A stretch of DNA of 64,000 nt, taken from an uncultured Verrucomicrobiota bacterium. GTDB lineage: Bacteria; Verrucomicrobiota; Verrucomicrobiia; Verrucomicrobiales; Akkermansiaceae. The stretch spans positions 12,256 through 76,255 of the forward strand of contig CAKNAS010000009.1 in NCBI GenBank assembly GCA_929200745.1. The letters run 5' to 3'. A program made the translations under genes and the position numbers. Positions 9,979 to 17,980 of this stretch are shown here, in pieces. The stretch's first letter is position 1; the number at the start of each line of letters is the position of its first letter. The notes under the pieces were generated by a model. It had not been told where the DNA came from. It ran no database searches and worked only from the letters and a program-made list of their open reading frames with translations.

Positions 9979-11010
9979 TTACTCGTCACCTTCGTCTCCA
10001 GCGATTGAATCGCGCATCTTGGTGTCGGCATTGACGTTCTGGTACTTGACGTAGTCCATGATGCCCAGGTTACCGTTGCGGAATGCGTCGGCGATTGCCA
10101 TTGGGATTCCTGATTCTGCTTCCACAACCTTGGCTCGCATCTCTTGGGTGCGTGCGGACATTTCCTGTTCCACGGCGACAGCTGCTGCACGTCGCATCTC
10201 GGCCTTGGCTTGGGCAACCTGTTTGTCTGCTTCAGCTTGTTCTGCTTGGAGGCGAGCGCCGATGTTGTCAGCAACATCAACATCTGCGATATCGATTGAG
10301 AGTATTTCGAAAGCAGTGGATGCATCTACGCCTTTCCCAAGAACGAGTTTGGAAATGTTATCTGGATTTTCTAGAACATGTTTATAGGAAACTGCAGAAC
10401 CTACAGATGTGACAATACCCTCGCCAACACGAGCTATGATAGTTTCCTCAGTAGCACCCCCTACGAAGCGTTCTAGATTGGTCCGGACGGTGACTCTGGC
10501 GCGGGCGTTGACAGCAATACCATCCTTGGCCACAGCTGTGATTTTGGTGTTGCCGCTTGCGGGGTTCGGGCAGTCGATCACCTTTGGATTAATTGATGTG
10601 CGAACCGCTTCAAGAACGGTTTTTCCTGTATCTTTGGTAGCGAGGTCGATTGCGCAGGCACGATCGTAGGACAGGGAGATTCCTGCTTTGTCCGCTGCGA
10701 TCATTGCGAGAACTACATGGCCGATATCACCTCCTGATAGGTAATGGGCTTCTAATTGGTCGGTTGTAAATGGCAGGCCGGCTTTGTATGCGGTGATACG
10801 GCTGTTCACGATCAATGCTGGGGGCACTTTTCTGAAGCGCATAAATACAAGATTGAGTAAGCTGACTGGTGCTCCAGCGGTACGTGCTTGTAACCAGATA
10901 CCGAAGAACTTGATGAGGATGACAAAGAAGATGAGTCCTACAACGAAAGCTACTCCGATGAGGATAACACCTATGAAGCTTTCGTTTGCTGCGAGAATGG
11001 AATTAATCAT
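9979..11010 (-). CDS. floA: flotillin-like protein FloA (UPF0365/YqfA family)
   Basis: Near-collinear resemblance to B. subtilis FloA as I recall it: [43 protein letters not shown]. Confidence 0.9.
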   Translation of the reverse strand: MINSILAANESFIGVILIGVAFVVGLIFFVILIKFFGIWLQARTAGAPVSLLNLVFMRFRKVPPALIVNSRITAYKAGLPFTTDQLEAHYLSGGDIGHVVLAMIAADKAGISLSYDRACAIDLATKDTGKTVLEAVRTSINPKVIDCPNPASGNTKITAVAKDGIAVNARARVTVRTNLERFVGGATEETIIARVGEGIVTSVGSAVSYKHVLENPDNISKLVLGKGVDASTAFEILSIDIADVDVADNIGARLQAEQAEADKQVAQAKAEMRRAAAVAVEQEMSARTQEMRAKVVEAESGIPMAIADAFRNGNLGIMDYVKYQNVNADTKMRDSIAGDEGDE

Positions 11011-11141
11011 TGTGATGTGTAATTTGTTAGCTGTTTGTAGCTTGGTTCATACTACTCAATGATGCAAGAACGCATCTGAACTAAATTACCATTTAATCAC
11101 GCCTTGCTTTCCTCTGTGGATGGGGTATGGAATTTGGCGTC

Positions 11142-11309
11142 ATGAAAAATTTCATTTTCAGTATCCTCGCCCTCGTTGGTATATTTACGTTTATTTCCTG
11201 CGAGCGCCACGATTGGGAGGACAGCAAAGAAGGTAAAAAAGACGGGACTAAGAACCTGTATCCTCAGCACGATAAGAAGGATCATCACAACAAGGATGGT
11301 GATCACTGA
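11142..11309 (+). CDS. small putative lipoprotein with a His/Asp/Lys-rich tail
   Basis: MKNFIFSILALVGIFTFISC has a lipobox-like FISC. The mature peptide of about 35 aa ends HDKKDHHNKDGDH. An alternative ATG lies at 11127. Confidence 0.4.
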   Translation: MKNFIFSILALVGIFTFISCERHDWEDSKEGKKDGTKNLYPQHDKKDHHNKDGDH

Positions 11310-11398
11310 TAGTTGCCTGAGGAAATTTTATAGCTGCCTGCTGTTTCTGGGTGCGGTTTTTTGAAACCCGTGCATAGTTATCCGACACCAGTGGATTA

Positions 11399-12346
11399 AT
11401 GGAAAGAAACTGCAAATCTTCAAAAATACCGTTATGGCTGTGGCCAAATTTGTTGAGCCTTGACGCTCCTCTGGTTTCTATCGCATGGATGTGGATGTTG
11501 GCACACGCATTACGTGTGGAGTATATACAGGCCAGTGTTTGGTGGGTTTTGCCTCTGGGCATCTGGTGTGTTTATGTCGTGGACAGGTTAATTGATGCAT
11601 GGCGGCATCCGGCGATGCGGGAGTCCTCGCCGCGGCATTTTTTTCATTGGCGGTGGCGGTGGGTGCTATCCATCAGTGTGGCAATTGTTGCTTTTATTTG
11701 CCTTTACCATGCGCTGTATGTGTTACCGCGATCGGTATTTTCTGCTGGAGTAGTGGTAGCCATGCTCTGTGTATTCTACTTTGCGCTGGCACTTTTCAGC
11801 GGTCGTGGGATTCCCTATGTTAAGAACTTTCTGGCAGCTATGATATTTGCCATGGGTGTGGGTATCCCAGTCAACGTGGCCAACTCTTCGCTGCTCATCA
11901 CGGACTTAAATGAGGTGCTCTATGCAATGCGCAATACTGGACTCGTCGATGCGCTATGGAACCTCTGCGATATGATCGTTAAAACCCTAATCCTTGTTTT
12001 CCTCTACTGTCGCGAGGTTTGGGTGTTTGGTCTACTCTGTATGATGAACATCACGGCAATCGATCTGTGGGAGAAGGCGGACGCTGAATCTGACGAAGCG
12101 CTCGCATACAGCCATGAAGCTACACTCACCTTGGGTTTGGTCATGCTCGCTGGGGGGGCATTACTTTTTGCGGCGATGCGGGCGGATGAATACTCCAAGC
12201 CATATTTTTATGCAGTGATGGTTGCCGCTGCGCTTTTGCAAGTGATGAATCATTATCGTGAACGCTTTTCTATGAACGCGTTACGGATACTTGCCGATGT
12301 TGCTTTGCTGGTGCCGCTGCCCATTTTTTTTGTGGTAATAGGATGA
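11399..12346 (+). CDS. polytopic membrane protein, possibly UbiA-prenyltransferase-like
   Basis: About 8 hydrophobic helices. The VVDRLIDAW segment resembles the first Asp-rich motif of UbiA-superfamily enzymes, but the second motif is not convincing. Confidence 0.35.
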   Translation: MERNCKSSKIPLWLWPNLLSLDAPLVSIAWMWMLAHALRVEYIQASVWWVLPLGIWCVYVVDRLIDAWRHPAMRESSPRHFFHWRWRWVLSISVAIVAFICLYHALYVLPRSVFSAGVVVAMLCVFYFALALFSGRGIPYVKNFLAAMIFAMGVGIPVNVANSSLLITDLNEVLYAMRNTGLVDALWNLCDMIVKTLILVFLYCREVWVFGLLCMMNITAIDLWEKADAESDEALAYSHEATLTLGLVMLAGGALLFAAMRADEYSKPYFYAVMVAAALLQVMNHYRERFSMNALRILADVALLVPLPIFFVVIG

Positions 12347-12362
12347 TGAATTAGTCTTATTC

Positions 12363-12962
12363 ATGATGCAGCTGGAGTTCATTTTTTCTCGCAAGAAGCC
12401 CCCGATTCAAAATGATCGAGAGGCCAAGCTCTCTATTCCACGTGTTTTGGGACGACTTCAGAGAGACGAAGAAATGACTCAAGAGTGTCGGCGTTTATTA
12501 GCTGAATTGTTACTTGATGAGCTGGCTAGTAAGACAACGGTGCTGTGGAATCGACGAATGAGAACTACCGCAGGGCGCGCTTTCTGGCCAGATGCTAGAA
12601 TCGAGATAAATCCTAAATTGAAGGAAATTGCGGCTGACGAAATTCGCAGGACGATGTTACATGAGCTGGCGCATCTTGTTGCTTACGAGCGTGCTGGCAG
12701 GCGTAGAATCGATGCCCATGGTGCTGAGTGGCGACAAGCGTGTGGTGATCTGGGTATTGCTGGTGAGCGAGCGACGCATTCGCTGCCGTTGCGGGGCAGA
12801 AAAATGAAGCGTAAGTGGCGCTACCGATGTCCGGTATGTGGTGATGAATTTGATCGTGTCAGGAGGATGAGACGCCACGTTGGTTGCTACAGCTGCTGTC
12901 TTAAGCACAATGGAGGGTATTACCATGGTGATTATAGGTTGAAGGAAACTCGTATTGGCTAG
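12363..12962 (+). CDS. SprT-like zinc metalloprotease domain protein with a C-terminal zinc ribbon
   Basis: HExxH in MLHELAHLVAY. The C-terminal CPVC...(13 aa)...CYSCC is Zn-ribbon-like. Confidence 0.7.
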   Translation: MMQLEFIFSRKKPPIQNDREAKLSIPRVLGRLQRDEEMTQECRRLLAELLLDELASKTTVLWNRRMRTTAGRAFWPDARIEINPKLKEIAADEIRRTMLHELAHLVAYERAGRRRIDAHGAEWRQACGDLGIAGERATHSLPLRGRKMKRKWRYRCPVCGDEFDRVRRMRRHVGCYSCCLKHNGGYYHGDYRLKETRIG

Positions 12963-13273
12963 CTCATATCTGATTTAGTGATTGGTATTTGTTTTTTTAA
13001 CCAAATCTCCACCCAGATTGGTGCGAAAGGAAACAGCGAGGCCATGAAAATCCAAAACGGTGGTTTAAGTGACCATTTTTGTGTTAGTTTGGTGTCAAGC
13101 AGTGCGATACAGAAAGCGCAGAACAAAATGCCATGGACCATCCCGGGTGTTTTGATGGCGTCATCGATGCCAAGTATGCGTTTCGAGTAGATTGCGTGGT
13201 AGAGGAGATACAGGTAAGACAGGCCCTCGAGCACACTGATGACACGGAGGCGATTAATCGCGTTCTTGAACAT
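12959..13273 (-). CDS. DUF3817-family small membrane protein
   Basis: LRVISVLEGLSYLYLL...GMVHGILFCAFC pattern. Three TM helices, 104 aa. Confidence 0.6.
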   Translation of the reverse strand: MFKNAINRLRVISVLEGLSYLYLLYHAIYSKRILGIDDAIKTPGMVHGILFCAFCIALLDTKLTQKWSLKPPFWIFMASLFPFAPIWVEIWLKKQIPITKSDMS

Positions 13274-13353
13274 GGCAATGAGATAGTCGCTATATCATGA
13301 AGTTTCAAGTATTTGGGATTTGAATATTTGGTGGTAAATTTTAGGATTTTTTT

Positions 13354-14523
13354 ATGATCTTTCGATTTATCGAGTGTTTTGTCGTATCGCTCAAGCTTGG
13401 AGTCACTGCCTTTGGTGGGCCTGTGGCGCATATTGGTTATTTCCGAGAAACTTATGTTAAAGATCTTAAGTGGCTGAGTGAGGATCGTTTTGCTGAGCTA
13501 ATGTCGCTTACTCAGTTTATACCTGGTCCGGCGAGTAGTCAGCTAGGTGCGGCTATTGGTTATGAAAAAGGTGGTTGGCTCGGTGGGTTCGGAGCGTGGC
13601 TTGGATTTACGTTACCATCGGCATTGGCCATGATCGCATTTGCGATTGGTATGGGGGGCGTTCAAGAGTGGGCGGGGAGCGGATGGCTGCATGGTTTAAA
13701 ATTATCGGCTGTTGCGGTTGTGATGATTGCGTTCTTAGGGATGAGAAAGACGCTCTGTCCGTGTTGGCCTGAAATGTTCATGGCCGTGGCCGCGCTCGTT
13801 ATCCTATCCATGGCTCCTTTGGCGTGGATTCAGCCGTTGGTAATTCTCATGGGTGGAGTGATAGGTATTTTTATTTTCAAAGAGCCATCTGAAGCCCAAC
13901 CAGTGGAGCAAAAATCTGGCATGCCGCTTGGGGGGATTATCATGGCGTTGCTCATTTTTGTAGTATTGTTGATCATTCCGCTGGCTTTTCACGACAACCA
14001 AAATGCTCAGGGAACTGGTGGTTTGCTGCGTGCAGGTGCATTGGTGTTTGGTGGTGGCCATGTGGTGCTTCCGCTCTTAGAAACCAGCACAGTCGTGCCT
14101 GGACTGGTGGGGGAAGATACCTTTTTAGCAGGCTATGGTGCCGCACAGGCGGTGCCGGGTCCGCTGTTTACGTTTGGCAGTTTTCTCGGAGCAGACATGC
14201 AACTTTTTGGTAGTGTCTGGCTCGGTGGTGCGGTGGGAACTATTGCTATTTTTCTTCCCGGTATGGTTTTGCTCGCGGGAGGGCTGCCGGTGTGGAATCG
14301 ACTCAAGCATTTCGCATGGGCGCGTGCCGGTGTGAAGGGAGCCAATGCTGTCGTAGTTGGTGTGCTTGGTGCGGCATTGTTTGGAATGCTCAGAGGGGGA
14401 AGTGTTCAGGGTTTCGGTGATGCTTCCGGTATTGTGCTGATCGCTTTTGCGATCTACTTCAAATGGCTTCCCGTATGGGCACTGGTCATCATCTCTGCCG
14501 TGGTTGGGGGGATTGTTTTTTAA
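13354..14523 (+). CDS. chrA: chromate transporter (CHR family)
   Basis: Duplicated CHR domains: FGGPVAHIGYFRETYV...WLSEDRFAELMSLTQFIPGPASSQ, and a second half with VFGGGHVVLPLL...GYGAAQAVPGPLFTF. Confidence 0.85.
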   Translation: MIFRFIECFVVSLKLGVTAFGGPVAHIGYFRETYVKDLKWLSEDRFAELMSLTQFIPGPASSQLGAAIGYEKGGWLGGFGAWLGFTLPSALAMIAFAIGMGGVQEWAGSGWLHGLKLSAVAVVMIAFLGMRKTLCPCWPEMFMAVAALVILSMAPLAWIQPLVILMGGVIGIFIFKEPSEAQPVEQKSGMPLGGIIMALLIFVVLLIIPLAFHDNQNAQGTGGLLRAGALVFGGGHVVLPLLETSTVVPGLVGEDTFLAGYGAAQAVPGPLFTFGSFLGADMQLFGSVWLGGAVGTIAIFLPGMVLLAGGLPVWNRLKHFAWARAGVKGANAVVVGVLGAALFGMLRGGSVQGFGDASGIVLIAFAIYFKWLPVWALVIISAVVGGIVF

Positions 14524-15314
14524 CCCGAGCACAAATCAATAGCTCGGGGTAGGAACTCGAAAGGGTCATCGGTTGTTGGGATGTATTCTTGCCCTATATA
14601 GCCTACGTAATCGGTGTTAGCGATGGCGCTTGAGATCGCGGCGTAGTTTAATTCTTGGGTGGCATCGAATTCATTTCGTCCGGGTACGCCTGCTGTGTGG
14701 TAGTGTGAGATATGCTGATGATGATCTTTGATGGTGCGAATGACGTTACCCTCCATGATATGCATGTGATAAATGTCGTAAAGAAGCTTAAAATGATCTG
14801 TGCTCAGTTTTTCGCATAAGGCAACTCCCCAAGCGGTGTGATCGCATTGGTAGTCGGGGTGATCTACCTTGGAGTTGAGTAGTTCCATGACTAGGGTGAC
14901 GCCGTGATTTTTAGCCAGTGGGATCAGCGGAGCGAGGCCCACTGCGCAGTTTTCTAATCCCGCTTCGTCTGAAAGTCCGTCCCTATTTCCAGAAAAACAG
15001 ATCACTTGCTTAACTCCGAGGTCTGCGGCAGCCGGAATCAGTTTTTCGTAAATGGCATGTAGCGCCACGTGGTGGGCTAGCTGGTTAAAACCTTGTTCAA
15101 TGGTACCCACGCCGTTTTTATCAGGGTGCGCCGCTGTGATTGCGCACTCGATGCCATTTTCTTGCGCGATGGGTATTTCATCGAGGGTCAAGAGATCGAG
15201 ACCAGAAATGCCAAGTTCATGACATTTTTGACAGAGAATGGGTAATGGTGTGGAGGCAAAGCACCAACGTGAGACGGAATGATTGATCACGGAGATTTGG
15301 TAACAGAGTGACAA
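14520..15314 (-). CDS. xylose-isomerase-like TIM-barrel protein (hydroxypyruvate isomerase/sugar-phosphate isomerase family)
   Basis: TTG start. The INHSVSRWCF N-terminus, VMELLNSKVDHPDY, HISHYHTAGVPGRNE and GYIGQEY are typical of the Hyi-like family. Its 3' end overlaps the chrA stop by 4 nt (convergent). Confidence 0.7.
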   Translation of the reverse strand: MSLCYQISVINHSVSRWCFASTPLPILCQKCHELGISGLDLLTLDEIPIAQENGIECAITAAHPDKNGVGTIEQGFNQLAHHVALHAIYEKLIPAAADLGVKQVICFSGNRDGLSDEAGLENCAVGLAPLIPLAKNHGVTLVMELLNSKVDHPDYQCDHTAWGVALCEKLSTDHFKLLYDIYHMHIMEGNVIRTIKDHHQHISHYHTAGVPGRNEFDATQELNYAAISSAIANTDYVGYIGQEYIPTTDDPFEFLPRAIDLCSG

Positions 15315-15408
15315 ACTCAGGTGAACGTTAAAATTCTGAAACGAATATACAACTTTTCTTCGCTTTCATGGTTGCAAACTACATAACACACACAAATACT
15401 ATAAAATT

Positions 15409-16797
15409 ATGAACTCAACAATTATTGCACCCGTGGCCGCGCTCGTCATTGGCGGCGCCGCAGGATTCATTGCTGGACAGAAAAATGTACCTGATCCCAT
15501 ATCGGAAGAGGCAACCGGCGATGCGCGTGGATCATGGCGTGGTGGTGCTGTATCTTCATCATCAGATCGTTCAGGCCCTCGTTCATCTGGGTCACGTGTA
15601 AGAAGCGCCAAAGAAGCTATGGAGCTGCCAGGACAGAATAACCGACTCCAAGCGCTGATGGACTATTATGCTGGGCTTGACCCATCAAAATTTGAAGAAG
15701 AAGCTAAGAACCTAGAGGACCTGCCGTGGAGTGAACGTATTATGGTTGGTTACCTTTTATTTGCCCGATGGGGGGAAGAGGACCCCACAGCTGCTATGGA
15801 TTACACCAAGAGCATGGGGTTTGCAGGAATGTTTGTCCGCGGCACCGTGATGCAGAGCTGGGCATCGAAGTATCCTCAGGATGCTGCTGCATACTACAAG
15901 ACGAACCCGAACGAATTTCGTATGGGTGGAATGATGGGTGGGCGTGGAGGAAAAGGTGGTGGGTCAACGGCGCAAATTATTGCTACTGAGTGGGCGCGAC
16001 AGGATAGTGCAGGTGCCATGGCATGGGCACAATCGCTTGAGGGTCGTGATCAACGTGAAGCCATGCGCGGGATTTTCTCTCAAGCAGCTAAGGAGGATCC
16101 CGCCAAAGCGGCAGGAATGCTTGCCAGTATTACCGATGAGGATGCAAAAAGAGATGCTCAGAACAGCATTGCTCGAGAGTGGGGAGCAAAAGATTGGGAT
16201 GGAGCACAAAGCTGGATCTCAGGATTACCTGCCGATCAGCAAGCAGATGCCACGGCGCGTGCAATTCGTGGCCTTGCCGATGAGGATCCTCAACTTGCTT
16301 CAACCAAAATAAGTGCGATTCCTGAAGGTAAAGAGCGTGATGAAGCTATCGAAAGTATTGCCCGCCGCTGGGGACAGGATGATCCTGCCGCTGCTGCTGA
16401 TTGGGTGATGAAATCCGGTAGTGAAGAGGCGCAAACTGATGCCATTGGCCGTGTGGTTGCTTCTTGGGTAGGTCAAGATACTGAAGCTGCTTATGCATTT
16501 ATTGATGAGCAGCCAGAGGGTGGAGTGCGCGACAAAGCAGCTTCATCATATGTCATGTCGAACCAACGTGGAGATGTGCAGCAGAACCTGAAGTTGGCGG
16601 AAACAATTGGAGATGAGCGCACACGCAGCTGGGCGATTGGTATGACTGCTGCTAGCTGGGCTCGCAAAGATAAAGAGGCTGCTACAGAGTATGTAGAAAG
16701 CACCGAGGCACTTAGTGACGAAGCCAGAACTCGCATCAAGCAAGTCACTGAGGCTGGTGGAGAAGGGTGGGGGCGCCGTGGTCGTGGTAGAAAGTAA
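15409..16797 (+). CDS. hypothetical N-terminally anchored protein built from about 10 degenerate 33-38-aa helical (HEAT/ARM-like) repeats
   Basis: TM/signal segment IIAPVAALVIGGAAGFIAG, a Ser/Arg-rich linker, then repeated units such as ATEWARQDSAGAMAWAQSL, IAREWGAKDWDGAQSWISGL, IARRWGQDDPAAAADWVMKS, VASWVGQDTEAAYAFIDE and AASWARKDKEAATEYVES. The tail is Gly/Arg-rich. Confidence 0.55.
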   Translation: MNSTIIAPVAALVIGGAAGFIAGQKNVPDPISEEATGDARGSWRGGAVSSSSDRSGPRSSGSRVRSAKEAMELPGQNNRLQALMDYYAGLDPSKFEEEAKNLEDLPWSERIMVGYLLFARWGEEDPTAAMDYTKSMGFAGMFVRGTVMQSWASKYPQDAAAYYKTNPNEFRMGGMMGGRGGKGGGSTAQIIATEWARQDSAGAMAWAQSLEGRDQREAMRGIFSQAAKEDPAKAAGMLASITDEDAKRDAQNSIAREWGAKDWDGAQSWISGLPADQQADATARAIRGLADEDPQLASTKISAIPEGKERDEAIESIARRWGQDDPAAAADWVMKSGSEEAQTDAIGRVVASWVGQDTEAAYAFIDEQPEGGVRDKAASSYVMSNQRGDVQQNLKLAETIGDERTRSWAIGMTAASWARKDKEAATEYVESTEALSDEARTRIKQVTEAGGEGWGRRGRGRK

Positions 16798-16832
16798 GCC
16801 TGTGTGTGCTTTTACCTTTGATGCTTTTCAAG

Positions 16833-16859
16833 CGCGTGTCGTGAGACACGCGTTTTTTT
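16833..16859 (+). terminator. rho-independent terminator after the repeat-protein gene, lying at the lipA 3' end
   Basis: A perfect 8-bp stem cgcgtgtc (16833-16840) / gacacgcg (16845-16852), loop gtga, followed by TTTTTTT (16853-16859). Confidence 0.75.
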
Positions 16860-17799
16860 AATGCATTTCTGAGGCTTCTTTCTCAATATCCTCAATGAGA
16901 TCAAGCTCAGGGCGGAAATCGGCAGCGTGGTATGAGCTTCTTACAAGCGGGCCACTAGCCACGTGGCGGAAGCCTTTTTTCAGGGCGACCTGTTTGTATT
17001 CGTCAAATTTCTCGGGTTTGATGTAGTCGACCACTGGCAAGTGACGCGGGGTGGGGCGCAGGTATTGCCCGAGTGTGAGCACAGTGACATCGTGCTCTAA
17101 CAAATCATCCATTGCCTTGAGAAGCTCATCTTCTTTTTCTCCAAGTCCGAGCATCAGTCCGCTTTTGGTTACGACTTTACCACCGGCGATTGCCTTGGCT
17201 TTTTTTAATACGCTGAGTGATCTTTCGTATTTGGCGCGACTACGCACAAGAGGCGTGAGGCGTTCGACGGTTTCTAGATTGTGGTTAAAGATATGAGGGC
17301 GCGCGGACATGCACATTTCGAGGGCAAAATCTTTATCGTTAAAATCGGGTGTCAGAACTTCGATGATAATGCCTTGGTTCACCCTGCGAACCTCCTCGAT
17401 GACATTTTTGAAGTGTTCAGCTCCACCGTCGCGCAGATCATCGCGCGCCACGGCGGTGATTACTACATGACTTAGATCCATACGTTTGGTTGCCTCGGCG
17501 ACGCGTTGTGGCTCGTCGGCCTCTAGGGCATCGGGCCGCGCTGTTTTGACTGCACAGAAGCCGCAGGCACGGGTGCATTTTTCCCCTGCAATCATGAATG
17601 TTGCTGTGCCATGACTCCAGCATTCCCAGCGATTTGGGCACTGAGCTTCCTCGCAGACGGTCACCAGGTTAAGATCTGACACCATGGATTTGGTTGACCA
17701 GAATTTAGGATCGTTTGGAAGACGTACTTTAATCCAGTCTGGCTTCCGCTCTGTGTGCAGGGCAGGATCCATTTTCATCCGTGGGCCATGGCAATTCAT
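16858..17799 (-). CDS. lipA: lipoyl synthase
   Basis: Auxiliary cluster motif CEEAQCPNRWEC, radical-SAM motif CTRACGFCAV. Length 313 aa; an alternative start at MKMD lies about 8 codons downstream. Confidence 0.95.
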   Translation of the reverse strand: MNCHGPRMKMDPALHTERKPDWIKVRLPNDPKFWSTKSMVSDLNLVTVCEEAQCPNRWECWSHGTATFMIAGEKCTRACGFCAVKTARPDALEADEPQRVAEATKRMDLSHVVITAVARDDLRDGGAEHFKNVIEEVRRVNQGIIIEVLTPDFNDKDFALEMCMSARPHIFNHNLETVERLTPLVRSRAKYERSLSVLKKAKAIAGGKVVTKSGLMLGLGEKEDELLKAMDDLLEHDVTVLTLGQYLRPTPRHLPVVDYIKPEKFDEYKQVALKKGFRHVASGPLVRSSYHAADFRPELDLIEDIEKEASEMH

Positions 17800-17980
17800 G
17801 CATGTCTTTTAATCCTGAAGAACCAATTTTCAAGTGCCAAGTTGATGAGTTTGAGTGTGTAAAACTCAAATGAGTTCCAGAAGCTTCTTTCGCTTCTTGA
17901 CCCTGTCCATCACGGTAAGACATGATCCCCATCATAAGGTAAGCGCCCTCGGTGTTGGCAGCTACCTCAATTAATTTCCC

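Noticed and set aside
11097-11306. A 69-aa minus-strand ORF with hydrophobic stretches upstream of floA (a possible NfeD-like remnant).
   Set aside because: It is the mirror image of the plus-strand ORF, which has a proper lipoprotein signal peptide. It has no NfeD-like OB-fold region and lacks a convincing start context.
17850-17897. Two small hairpins (tttgagt-N7-actcaaa at 17850-17870; agaagc-N7-gcttct at 17879-17897) in the lipA/GH2 divergent spacer, considered as a possible riboswitch or attenuator.
   Set aside because: The stems are only 6-7 bp with no flanking conserved riboswitch-like sequence and no U-tract. Such stems are expected by chance in 180 nt.
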